A stretch of DNA of 64,000 nucleotides, taken from NCBI RefSeq assembly GCF_006345805.1, contig NC_043012.1, positions 11,470,001-11,534,000 on the forward strand. Direction: 5' to 3'. The DNA comes from Octopus sinensis. Lineage: Eukaryota. Below the pieces are notes generated by a model. The model was not told the DNA's origin. It saw only the letters and a program-made list of their open reading frames with translations, and did not search any database. Made by a program: the position numbers and the translations under genes. Shown here one piece after another: positions 38,521-49,941 of this stretch (the stretch's first letter is position 1; each line of letters begins with the position of its first letter).

Positions 38521-39047
38521 ACTTAATCTGCTAGAAATAATAGCTAAATCTCATACATTGCATCCCACATCTAATTGAAGAGTCATCAAAATGTCAAATT
38601 GAATGCTTCATGGTATCTGTTATGGCTGTCTGCATTCTGAGTTCAAATCCTACAGATGTCATCTTTGCCTTTCATCCTTTTATAGTCACTAAATAAGTAT
38701 CAGTTGCTAAGCATCCATTGAGTGCATTTGTATGATTGTGTGTATATGTGTGTCTGCATGTGTGAGTGTGTTTGTATGATTGTGCATGATTATGTATGTG
38801 TACCTATAGGATTATGTATTTGTGTGTGTGTGTGTATGTGTGTGCGTGTGTCTGCATGTAAGAATCGATGACCACTTTGATGATATGTTGGGCCTCTGAC
38901 TGTTAGTCTCTTATTTTCCATCTGTCATTTGATTTCCCTACTTCAAAATATTGCATTGTATTGTATTCCTTGAACAAGACAATCAACTCTACCTGACTAT
39001 CACTTCACAAAACCCACTAAATTTTTTGTTACATTTATCAATTTTAG

Positions 39048-39272
39048 CCAGAATCTCAGTCTGTTGCTGAAAGTGTGAAAGATGTAGCAGAGATGATGGT
39101 GATAGAACTTGATATGGAGAAAGAGAAGACTTTAGATGGTGATTCCAATCTTGCCACAGGATCGAGTATGGAGAATCCCCCAGTCGATTGTTTTAGTTCT
39201 GACTCACCGTTTGTCTATGATTCTTCTTCTGGAATGTACTATGACCACACCAGTGGTTATTATTATGATGCT
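39048..39272 (+). CDS. AGGF1: AGGF1 exon (OCRE start)
   Basis: ttttag/gtaagt; SVAESVKDVAE...FVYDSSSGMYYDHTSGYYYDA (OCRE aromatic octamer repeats). Confidence 0.93.
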
Positions 39273-40002
39273 GTAAGTATTCTAATTGCATTTATAATTT
39301 TCCCTTATTTTCAAGATGGTGCAACTGCAGAGACTGGGCAGTGTCAGACAAAACATCTAATTACATACAGGCATTGTTTTAGTTCACATTGATTTTAATT
39401 GGAGTTAACATCAACTCTGGGAAGGAATTACAACCGTGTTTTGTGGTCTGCTACCACAACAGCTCCTTTATAGGATCCAGTTAGCTCAACACATCATCAG
39501 GAGGAACCACGTCCGGTTTCGGCCCCTACTCCTCTACTGTTTTGACGTGGCGCCCCGCTTCCTTTCGGAGGTGTCTTCAGCTCTGGTGTTGGGTGCATGT
39601 CTTCTTTCTTCTGTTCCCTGAAAAAAGAAGAAAGAAGACATGTACCCAACATCAGGGCTACAACACTTTTTTCTGTTATTTGCTGTAGTTTTGTGATTAA
39701 AATCATTGATACATTGCAAGAATTGAATGTTTGTAAGACTGGATATATTTCAAGCTAAGCCAAACTGAGATCAAATTCTACAGAAAGTGATTTTCAAAAG
39801 CATAATATAACAGATGAGGTTAACAATTCAAAACATTTCTTCTTCAATGTTTATCTCAGAAACATTGGCGTAGAATTCAAAGTGGATTGGTGGATTGATT
39901 TAAATGTATTTATTTCTGTCCCTCTTCAATAAAGTACATTAATGCCTAATTGTATTTATTACCAATTGTGACTGCCCATCTTTATAAACTATCTACTTAT
40001 TA

Positions 40003-40566
40003 TTGGGTTGTCCGGAAAGTTCATGCCGATTTTTAAAGGAAAGAAAAAGGTCAATAAATACTTGACTTGCCATTACATTTTTAATCAACCAAATATGAAC
40101 CATTTTGTTGCACAATGCGTCTCCATCTTTCCTCTAACTTGAAAATACCCTCTTCCCAGAATTGAGGTGGTTTCATGGCAAAGAATTCATCAAGGTATCT
40201 TTTTACATCATCCAAGGAATTGAAATTTTTACCATTAAGACTATTCTGCAGAGACCTGAATAAGTGGAAATCCGAAGGAGCAATATCTGGTGAATATGGA
40301 GAGTGGGGTAACACATCCCTGCCGAGCTGCAGCAATTTTTGTCTGGTTCCCAAAGCATTAAGTGCCGAAACTTTCTTATCTTCCATTTTAAAGGGCTACA
40401 GAATTAACATGGGTTATAGGAACATAAACCTTCTTCCACGAAAAGATAGCTTAAACTGTGCTCTAAATGGAGGTGTAGTCAAATCCTATTTTATGGACTC
40501 AACCATGTTCTAAAAAGTCAAAAGGTAAGCTACTATAAATCGGCACAAACTTTCCGGACAACCCAA
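40003..40566 (-). mobile_element. Internally deleted mariner (DD34D) element
   Basis: About 30-bp TIRs ttgggttgtccggaaagtt..., TA on both sides, ORF 40386-40081 with YSPDIAPSDFHLF. Confidence 0.92.
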
Positions 40567-41314
40567 TACTATATAAAGATGCCTGTTGGTCACTGTTGAC
40601 CATGCAACTGCACATTTATGCCCAAAAACATGGTTGAAATCCTTTTTGGGAAGACCAGCACTTGGCCCTACCCTCTCTCTGTTACTGATGTTTGTCTAAA
40701 TAAAAGGCTACCAATTTGGGCCTATACAGTTTGGAATTAGTGTTAGAACACTAAAGACTCACAACAGACACTGCAAAGCATCTTGACTTCTCTGTTAAAG
40801 TTCTGCTGATTCACTGCCTGAGATGGGTACTTTTTTTTTAACCCTGAAAAGATGAAAGATAAAACTAACTTTGATGGGATTTTAACTCAAGGAGCAGAGT
40901 GTTAAAACAAATAGCACATAAGGTATTCCATCCATGACTCACTCTAATAACTCTACCATTTCACCTCCATTTATGACCACCTATCATTATTTCCAGTCTC
41001 CATATCTTATTTTGTGTAGAATGCATATTTCTGCCCATCTTTCCACACTGACCAAATCAGGCTGAATATGTGCAGCTTACATTTCCTTGTGGCTAAAATC
41101 TCTTTTTCAAACTGATGTCCTAGGAATGGTATTTTTGTGGATAGAAATCCGTCAATGAAGTTCCTAAAAATGAATAAACTCTGTGTGAAGTGCTTTGGGT
41201 TGGATGTTAAAAAAAAACACAAAAGGCTAAAAAAAAAAAAAACTCCTATATTTAAGAAGTTGATGTTATCAGATTTTGGTGACAAAAATTGTTTGTTTAT
41301 TTTGCTTCATTCAG

Positions 41315-41542
41315 AATTCCACATTATATTACGATCCACGTACGGGGACATACTTCTATTACAACTACACAACCAACGAGTATAAGTTCCATTCTAAAGT
41401 TGATTCCACAACCTCTGAGAACATCGATGAATGTGAGTCTCATTTGAGTGACTCTTCTTTGAAGAGTAAGACAGAAGATTCCAGTGAGTTAGAGGAAGGA
41501 GAGATCAAAGAACACAAGAAAAAGAAATCAAAGAAAAAATTT
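41315..41542 (+). CDS. AGGF1: AGGF1 exon (OCRE end, ELEEGEI motif, Lys-rich)
   Basis: ttcag/gtaaat; LYYDPRTGTYFYYNYTTNEYKFHSKVD...ELEEGEI. Confidence 0.94.
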
Positions 41543-41679
41543 GTAAATATATTCTATGATTTTATTTCTTTTACCTTTTAATAACTGAAGACCGAGTTGT
41601 TAATGTATCAAACAATGTATGTTGTTATATTGTTGCAGTCCACTTAACTTGGGCCATCTAGTTATGAGATAGGCATTAT

Positions 41680-41710
<31 letters not shown>

Positions 41711-42485
41711 CTACCAAAAGCCATCTCTACTCATTTCTTCAAATATATATATGTATATATGTGTGTGTACATGTGTGTATGTTGTATGTATGAAAACATC
41801 ATCAACAATATAGTTATTACTTAATTAACTGTAGCTATTGAATTAATTTGATTGAATGTGACAAGGAAATCATTTCCTCAAGTACAAGTTTAGAGATGTG
41901 TTAACTAAATCAGCATTGCAGTTAAAAAAAAAACAATTTTCCATGACCGTAGCTAGTACTGGCCCTCGTGCCGGGGGCATGTAAAAGCACCCACTACCCT
42001 CTCGGAGTGGTTGGTGTTAGGAAGAGCATCCAGCTGTAGAAACTCTGCCAAATCAAGATTGGTTCACCAGTCATTCAGTCAAATCATCCAACCCATGCTA
42101 GCATGGAAAGTGGGTGTTAAACGATGATGATGGTGATAATGGCTGTGTGGTTAAGAAGCTCACTTTGCATCCATGTGATTTTAGGTTCAGTCCCACTGTG
42201 CAGCATCTTGGGCAAGTATCTTTTAATATAATCCTGTATGGAAGTCCATTGTATATGTGTGTGTGTGTGTTTGTCCCAACCAGTACCTGAAAACTGGTGT
42301 TTGTTATTAGCCCCTGTAACTTAGGGATTTGGCAATAAAGACCAATAGAATAAGTGTCAGGCTTAAAAAATAAGCACTGGGATCCCTTTGCTCAACTAAA
42401 AATTCTTTTAGGTGGTGCTCCAGTATGCCCACAGTGAAATGACTGAAATGATAAAAAGAAAATCCCTTTTTCTCTCCTTAATCAG

Positions 42486-42768
42486 AAAAAGAAGCAGAAA
42501 CACAGCCACAAGCACAGTTCTGACCTTCCAGTTGATCAACAATGGGAAAGTCGCAGCACAAACCTGCTTTCAGCAGAGGACAATACAAACACAGGTACAG
42601 AATTCAATCCCGAAGGCTGTCATTTGACAGCTGCTACTGTTTCCTATGGCATAAGCCCTCCACAAAGTTTATCTGAGAAAGATGAAGCTGACTATCTCGC
42701 ATGCCAAGAACTTTATGCTCAGTCGTCAAAACCAATAGAACCCGAACAGTTTTACTTCAAGAAATCAG
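42486..42768 (+). CDS. AGGF1: AGGF1 low-complexity linker exon
   Basis: ctccttaatcag acceptor, 283-nt open frame, cag/gtacag donor phase 1 fits the next exon. Confidence 0.75.
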
Positions 42769-42909
42769 GTACAGTTACTGGCCATCTTCTACAATTGCTC
42801 TCTCTTCTATTCACTCTGTTGGTCATGTTGCCCTCAATGAACAGGGATGGCATAGAGGGGTGAGGACCCTTTTGTTTTGCAGGGGTAAAAGGTAGCTTCA
42901 CTAGTGTTG

Positions 42910-43256
42910 TACTTACTTGTACTTGTGGCAACATTCATCCTGGGCGGGTTGAGTCGGCTTCTTCTACCGGAAGAAGTTTCGTGGGAATATGTGGATTTCA
43001 CAAGCGGTCCCCAACAATCCTGCATGCAGAGACATCCTGTTTGCCACAGATTGTCCGCAGACACATAACAGAATGACTGAGGAGCTGCTGGTTGCCGAAA
43101 CAGACACTCCGAAGATTTTCCTAATACCACTCGGTGTCAGACCAATCTGCCTTGGGTGGCCCTACCAGGAACCGAAGTTCCCGACGTCATAGCACTGACA
43201 CTACCCGTTGGCAGCGTCCCCACCAAGGTGAGGAGGGGATGAACTTTAGGGACGCA
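42910..43256 (-). mobile_element. Short retroposon with RTE 3' end and 10-bp TSD (actagtgttg)
   Basis: TSD at 42900-42909 and 43257-43266; last ~60 nt match 8953-9008. Confidence 0.78.
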
Positions 43257-43541
43257 ACTAGTGTTGGCACCAAAATAAAATGCATCTTGTATATTCTGTT
43301 GAGTGGTTTCTGAATGTCTGGAGGCAAAATAGAATCAAGATATGCCACTACTTGTGGATCTGATTCCTCTTAGACCCAATTTTTCTTTCAATTCATTTGT
43401 ACTCCATTATCTAACCATAAAACCATTATACAAGTAGCAGAGTATGCTTGTTTCATTTCTTTCCATTCTTTGCCCCTTGTTTCCCATTCACAGCCCCTGT
43501 TTCACTCTCATGCAATATTGCTCCTTATACATACAACCTTT

Positions 43542-43973
43542 GGATCTTTTCGGTTTGAACGGCAGTTTTTAACATAATTTCTAGGTAACTAAACACTTTT
43601 AAACTTCGTATACTGGTAGAATGTGTTTATAAAATATCTTTTTCTCTTGGCTTTATTGAGAAAATTCTATAGTTTGTAATATATTTGTTGTGTTTTTTAT
43701 TCAATCTCTGCAATTCCAACCAATCAATGACCGTCTATTGAGGGGAAAACATTCTGTGCCGTATGAATATGTCCCTCGTTTAAGAAACAGATTGGGTTTA
43801 TTTACATTTGTGAAGAAAAAAAGATACCCTTCCCCACCACCCCTAACCCTAACCCTAACAAACTCTAACCCTAAAACAGATTGAAATGCAATAGATCGAT
43901 ACTCGGGTCATAATTATGGGTGACTTTCATATGACACCGCTAGAAAAAACTGCCGTTCAAACCGAAAAGATCC
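43542..43973. mobile_element. MITE with perfect 29-bp TIRs and 8-bp TSD (caaccttt), Merlin- or hAT-like
   Basis: ggatcttttcggtttgaacggcagttttt at both ends; TSD 43534-43541 and 43974-43981. Confidence 0.9.
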
Positions 43974-44268
43974 CAACCTTTTCTTCACTCAAAGAAAGAA
44001 TCACTCTGTTTCCAGTTGAGATAATAATTCTCTGAACTTTTCCTACCTTGTTCTTACTTTAGCAGCTCTTTTAAAGTATCCACTCCATTGCTTAATAAGG
44101 TCACTTAATTAAGGGAAACTATTAACTACTTCTATAGTACATTCCAAATATTTTAACTAATGTATTTCATAGGCGCTCTTATTGTTAACTGCTTCTGTGC
44201 AACTGTTGCATACAAAATATTCTCTGTCGACCGATCTTTGATCCCATTATACCTCTTGCGCACCCTTG

Positions 44269-44309
<41 letters not shown>

Positions 44310-45001
44310 TACTCTACCATCCCATTTATACTCTGATCCCCATTCCTTGTGAGTATGCCCTAGCACTTTGCCACCATCTCTCTCCCGCGCTCTCTTGCAT
44401 TCTCGCTCTCTTCCACTCTCTTTTCCTCTTGCTCTCTCCTTCTAACTGGTTAACCATGTATCTCGTCTACAGCAACACACCTATTACTGTCCTCATTCTT
44501 GATCTCTCTCTCCCTCTCTCACAACATATCTCCTCTACAGTAAGACACCTGTTTCTGTCTCTCTGTTACACTCTAACCTTTTATCGTCTGGCACAAGGTC
44601 ACTTTCTCCAATGCCCTCTCAAAGGATCTTTATCTTGCAAGTTACTTGGTGACCTTGCTAGCGCTGATGTCACTGAAATAAAACTCTCACTCCACTCTGT
44701 GGGGTAGTTGGTAGGGAGGGCATCCAGCTGCAAAAACCATGTCAAAACAGACACTGAAGCCTGGTGCAGTCTTCTGGTTAGCCAGCTCCTGTCAAGTCAT
44801 TCAACCCATGCCCGCATGCAAAGTGGACGTTAGATAATGATGAAATTATTAGCTTTACTGAATACTAAACATCATCACTCTCTCAATGGCAATAATAATG
44901 TTCCTGTCTTCTTTTCTGCTAACTAAAACTTTTGCTCATTAAAATTTACTTTTTGATCATTAATTATTTTAATTACTTTTGTTGTTTTAATTACATTGCA
45001 G

Positions 45002-45156
45002 ATCCCTGTGATTTGTGGCCAGCTTGTGTTCGATTAATTGTGACAAAATCTAGTTATTTAAAAATTGGTAAACTCTTCCTTGTCACATACACGGGGGCTT
45101 CCATTGGTCAACGAGACAAAGATTTAATACAAATTATGGACTCTGGCAAACCAGGA
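45002..45156 (+). CDS. AGGF1: AGGF1 exon (FHA N-terminal part)
   Basis: ttgcag/gtaagt; LWPACVRLIVTKSSYLKIGKLFLVTYTGASIG matches IWPPCIRVIVIRSPVLQIGSLFIIT. Confidence 0.93.
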
Positions 45157-46269
45157 GTAAGTTGCTTATTTGTTTGTTTAGCCCCAAGTCAGTCCTTATA
45201 AAGTATGATCAAGTATGATCAAAGGCATTCTAGCCATGACCATCTTGTCCATTTTCCTGCAATATGTACCTTACACTTTTCAATGTATTCTTTTAGTACA
45301 GTAATTTCGAGTTTGAGAGTGATTTAGCTGCTATTACTTGCATATTGAGTTACCATGCAGAGGCTGTTCATGTGCAGCTGTGGTTTAGTTTTTAACAATA
45401 ACAGACAAAACATTTAAAAAACCTGATTTCTTTTTTCTGTAAGTGTATGGCAGAATTGAGAGCACCAAGCAAAATATCTTGTGACATTTGGTTATGTTCC
45501 ACTACACTGAGTTCCAATTGAACTGGTTTAACACCCCACCCTCCCACTCCAACTGACCCATGGCTGCCTTTAGCAGAGTCCACTTCTTGTCACTCATAAA
45601 AAAAAATTAAAGTACATGCAATCACATTGAGGCCAGAGAGAGGTGTTGTGACCACACAAGTGTTCGTTGACCAGACAAAGCTGCAGTGACCTCATAGCGA
45701 TTTTTGTTACCATAGTGACCAGGCAGAGATGTAGTGACCAGATAGATGTTCATTGATTATACAGAAATTCAGTGACTTTAATGACTACAAAGGTTAGTGA
45801 CCACATTGAGGTTCACTGACCCCATAGTAGTTTAATGACCACAATGACCCCTTTGAAGTGTAGAGACCACAGTGACCAGAGAGGGATGTTACGGAGGCAC
45901 ATGGCCTAGTGATTAGAGCAGTGGACTCACGGTCGAGGGATCGCGGGTTCAAATCTCAGTGTGTTTATGAGTGAAACACCTAAGCTCCACGCGGCTCCAG
46001 CAGAAGGTAATGGCGAACTTCTGCTGACTCTTTCGCCACAACTTTCTCTCACTCTTTCCTCCTGCATCTTGCAGCTCACCTGTGACGGACCGGCGTCCCG
46101 TCCAGGTGGGGAACCTATACGCCAAGAAACCGGGAAACCGGCCCTTATGAGACATGCTTGGTTATAATACAAGTATGTGTGAGCGTGTGTCCATGCACAT
46201 TTATTTTTTGTTATTTTTATCATGTTTTATTTTGTTCATTTTATTCTTTGTGTTCTTTTGCTTTTGTAG

Positions 46270-46371
46270 TTGTTTGCTAAAATTTCATTTAATGAAAAGA
46301 ACCAAAATTATGCTGTGATAAGTTATTCTAAGCAGATTGGACCATTTGTGAATAGTAATGAAGTTCTTCAG
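46270..46371 (+). CDS. AGGF1: AGGF1 exon (FHA middle)
   Basis: ttgtag/gtatta; LFAKISFNEKNQNYAVISYSKQIGPFVNSNEVLQ aligns to FHAEIYFDHDLQSYVLVDQGSQNGTIVNGKQILQ. Confidence 0.85.
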
Positions 46372-46574
46372 GTATTAGTTCTTCACATATTATATACGTA
46401 TATACGTGTGTTTGTGTGTGTGAGTTTGTGCTTCACATTCTTTTGTGAAACTTTAAAAAAACAACCCTATGACCTGAAGCTGACACACCTAAATAGACCC
46501 GCCTGGTTACAAAGGTCTACATGCATGAAGATATTCTGACAACAAAAAAACATACAAAACAAATGAACGAACAA

Positions 46575-46591
46575 TATATATGTGTATATAC

Positions 46592-46650
<59 letters not shown>

Positions 46651-46692
46651 ATATATATGTATGTATGTATAATATATATATATATATGTATG

Positions 46693-46723
<31 letters not shown>

Positions 46724-46770
46724 GTATGTATATATATATATATATATATAATATATATATATATATATGC
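46575..46770. repeat. (TA)n microsatellite
   Basis: Direct reading. Confidence 0.97.
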
Positions 46771-46951
46771 AATAAAGGGTGGAATATAATTAATTTATAC
46801 ATATATATGCATTACCATAATTATTTTTTTACTGTCTATGTTTTATACATACACACACATTTGTATGTGTGTATTTATATATATATACATGTAAAATTTC
46901 TATGAAAATTAAAATTTATCTTATATAGTGGCGTTTTCAAACTTCTTTTAT

Positions 46952-46997
<46 letters not shown>

Positions 46998-47060
46998 AAG
47001 AGATTTAGTTTCTTGTATCATCTCATATTGGCATTTTACAGTATTTGTTGGTATTTGTAG

Positions 47061-47217
47061 GGAGAGAGTCCTGTCCCACTACAACACGAAGACACCTTGA
47101 CCGTGGGAGGTACGACCATGGCAGTCCACATCCACCCTGGTTCTGAGACTTGCAATGATTGTGAACCAGGCCTGGTTCAAGCTAAATATGACTCACAATC
47201 AAAAACCTGTCAGCCTG
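47061..47217 (+). CDS. AGGF1: AGGF1 exon (FHA end)
   Basis: ttgtag/gtaagt; LQHEDTLTVGGTTMAVHIHPGSETCNDCEPGLVQA (AGGF1 signature HIHPGSxTCxxCEPG). Confidence 0.96.
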
Positions 47218-48260
47218 GTAAGTCAAATAAGTTGAACTGTTTGTTGTTGTTTGGGTCCAGCTTGACTCTGATGAAACTGATGTGGTCAAAAGTATTCCAG
47301 CTGTCACTGACCACCCCAACTCTCCCACTATTTTTTCATCAGACATAGTGTATCTAGGACTATATATTTAAATGTATCCCCCAATTTTTTTAGACAGCAA
47401 GCTTTCATTCAAGAGAGATTTGGGGCTGATAAATTAAATACCAGTGGAACACTGGGATCGATGTAAGTGACTAGTCCCCTTCCCCTGAATTTCAGTCCTT
47501 GTGCTTTTAGTGGAATGGATTATTATTATTATTATTATTGAGTGAGAGAGCAGTTCATGCCATCAAAGTGACACTGGGGTAAAATATATGAAGCCCAATA
47601 TACCCATCATGACTACCCGTCTGATAAGGGTACACCAGGCACATGCATCACAACCATATGTGCGCGACATGGTGATCTCATATCAAGGTAAACAGCGCAT
47701 GACCTTGCAGGTGGAGCCCAGTTAGAATTTTCTTCAGGTCGAGTAGCCCATCCCGCTCAAAACGTCCCTGAATAAGGGTTGTTTAAGGATGTTGAAAGAA
47801 CCACCCATGTTTCCAAATGTGAATTATTCAAACCCCAAAGAATCCCTCTCAACACATGGCTATGATGCTCCCCCACTACTTCTTGTGATCAGAGATGCAC
47901 ATATTGTCAGCCACTAAGGGACATGCTCAACTGGTTATGGTCCACCAACTGACAAGCAAATCTGTGGTATTATTATTATTATTGTTATTAGGGCAGCAAG
48001 CTGGCAGATTCGTTGGCACGCCAGACCAAATACTTAGTTGTTTTGTCTGTCATTACATTCTGAGTTCAAACACCACCGGGGTTGACTTTGCCTTTCAACC
48101 TTTCAGGGTTGATGATATAAATACCAGTTGTGAACTGGGGTCAATGTAATCAACTTACTCCCTCTCTCAAAATTGCTGGCCATGTGCCAAAATTTTAAGC
48201 CAGTATTTTATTTTGTTTGTTTATTTGGTTTTATTTATTTGTTGATATTTCCTTGTTTAG

Positions 48261-48340
48261 AAATCCTTCCTTCTGAAAAATCCAAGCGAGACAAACACCG
48301 TCAGCAACTGAAAGAGATTAAAAAGAAATATGGCTTAAAG
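48261..48340 (+). CDS. AGGF1: AGGF1 exon
   Basis: gtttag/gtaact; RQQLKEIKKKYGLK. Confidence 0.92.
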
Positions 48341-48359
48341 GTAACTGCAATCGGCACCA

Positions 48360-48720
48360 AGATTATTACCACCACCACCACCACCACACCCACCACCACT
48401 ACCATCTCTACTATCATCATTACTATCACCGCCTATATGACCATCACCACAAACATCATCACCATCACCACCACCTCCAACACCACCACCACACCCACCA
48501 CCACTACCATCACTACTATCATCATTACTATCACCGCCTATATGACCATCACCACAAACACCATCACCACCACACCCACCACCACTACACCCACCACCAC
48601 TACCATCACTACTATCATTATTACCATCATTACTATCACTGCCTACATGGCCATCACCACCACCACCTCCAACACCACCATCACCATCACCACCATCATC
48701 ATCATCATCATCATCTATAT
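48360..48720. repeat. (ACC/ATC)n-based minisatellite with about 100-bp higher-order units
   Basis: Unit ...actatcatcattactatcaccgcctatatgaccatcaccacaaac... repeated about three times. Confidence 0.9.
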
Positions 48721-48770
48721 TATCTGTGGTTATTTATAACGTGCATGTTTTGATATTTTCCATTACAAAG

Positions 48771-48904
48771 GATTCGGCGTATGTCAGCAATGTTGAGGCC
48801 CTGAAAAACCCCAATTATTCTGATAAAGCTTCGATCAGACGTAAAACAGTTGGCAGCAGCAACCCCTACATCGAGAACACAGCAAAAGCAGCATCAGTTA
48901 ATGA
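48771..48904 (+). CDS. AGGF1: AGGF1 exon
   Basis: acaaag/gtaagg; LKNPNYSDKASIRRKTVGS...AASVNE matches LKNPKYKDRAGKRREQVGS. Confidence 0.92.
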
Positions 48905-49282
48905 GTAAGGCATTCTAATTATACCATATCCTCTTTATCCTTTGATTAACCATACCCTCTGTGACACGTATTGAGCACTCCTATCTCAAGATATAATACC
49001 AACAAAATTCACTCTAGCACACTCTTAAATAGAAACAAAAAAAATTACACTCACATATGCATGCACTCATATATGTTCTTAATTGTCAATAAAAACGCAC
49101 AGTTTTGAATATCAACTAATGCATACATCCCAACATATAAATGTCTATATTCATAGTCATACATAAATATTGAGGTATACAGACACATACATACACACAC
49201 CCAGAGATTCTTGCAAATATTATGTATGTAATATTTCATGATTAAAAAGTTCTCCCCTAATTCTTTTTTAAAAATTTTTCAG

Positions 49283-49382
49283 AGAGATTCCATCAGAAAA
49301 TAAAGGAAGGAAGATGCTGGAAAAATTAGGCTGGAATCCAGGAGAATGTTTAGGCAAATCAAGCCAAAATATAACAGAACCC
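49283..49382 (+). CDS. AGGF1: AGGF1 exon (G-patch)
   Basis: tttcag/gtaagt; NKGRKMLEKLGWNPGECLGK. Confidence 0.96.
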
Positions 49383-49524
49383 GTAAGTATATATCTAGTG
49401 ATAGGATTTGTCTATGGGACAACATTTTTGGATAAGTGCAGGTTATGAATAGATTTATGTCTTTATGCATTTAATCTAAGGCATTTTTCAGCAATTTGGT
49501 ATTAAATGAAAATATTAATACATT

Positions 49525-49689
49525 AGGCACAGGAGTGGCTGTGTGGTAAGTAGCTTGCTTGCCAACCACATCGTTCTGGGTTCTGTCCCACTGCATGGCA
49601 CCTTGGGCAAATGTCTTCTACTATAGCTTCGAGCTGACCAAAACCTTGTGAGTGGATTTGATAGACAGAAACTGAAAGAAGCCTGTCGT

Positions 49690-49734
<45 letters not shown>

Positions 49735-49941
49735 TATCTGTGTGTATATGTGTTTGTTCCCCCAACATCGCTTGACAACCAATGCTGGTGTGTTTAGGTC
49801 CCTGTAGCTTAGCGGTTTGGCAAAAGGGACCAATAGAATAAGTACTAGACTTACAAAGAATAAGTCCTGGGGTCGATTTGATTCGACTAAAGGCGGTGCT
49901 CCACATGGCTGCAATTAAATGACTGAAACAAGTAAAAGAGT
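49525..49941 (+). mobile_element. SINE family A
   Basis: Full-length match. Confidence 0.85.

Noticed and set aside
43195-43256. HDV-like ribozyme at the 5' end of the RTE-tailed insert
   Set aside because: P1-like hairpin present but P2/P3/P1.1 nested pseudoknot could not be assigned
43841-43874. Interstitial telomere (CCCTAA)n
   Set aside because: Only about five imperfect units inside a MITE; not a chromosome-end relic
48173-48739. 188-aa Thr/Ile-rich ORF
   Set aside because: Real AGGF1 exon 48261-48340 reading through its donor into an (ACC/ATC)n intronic minisatellite
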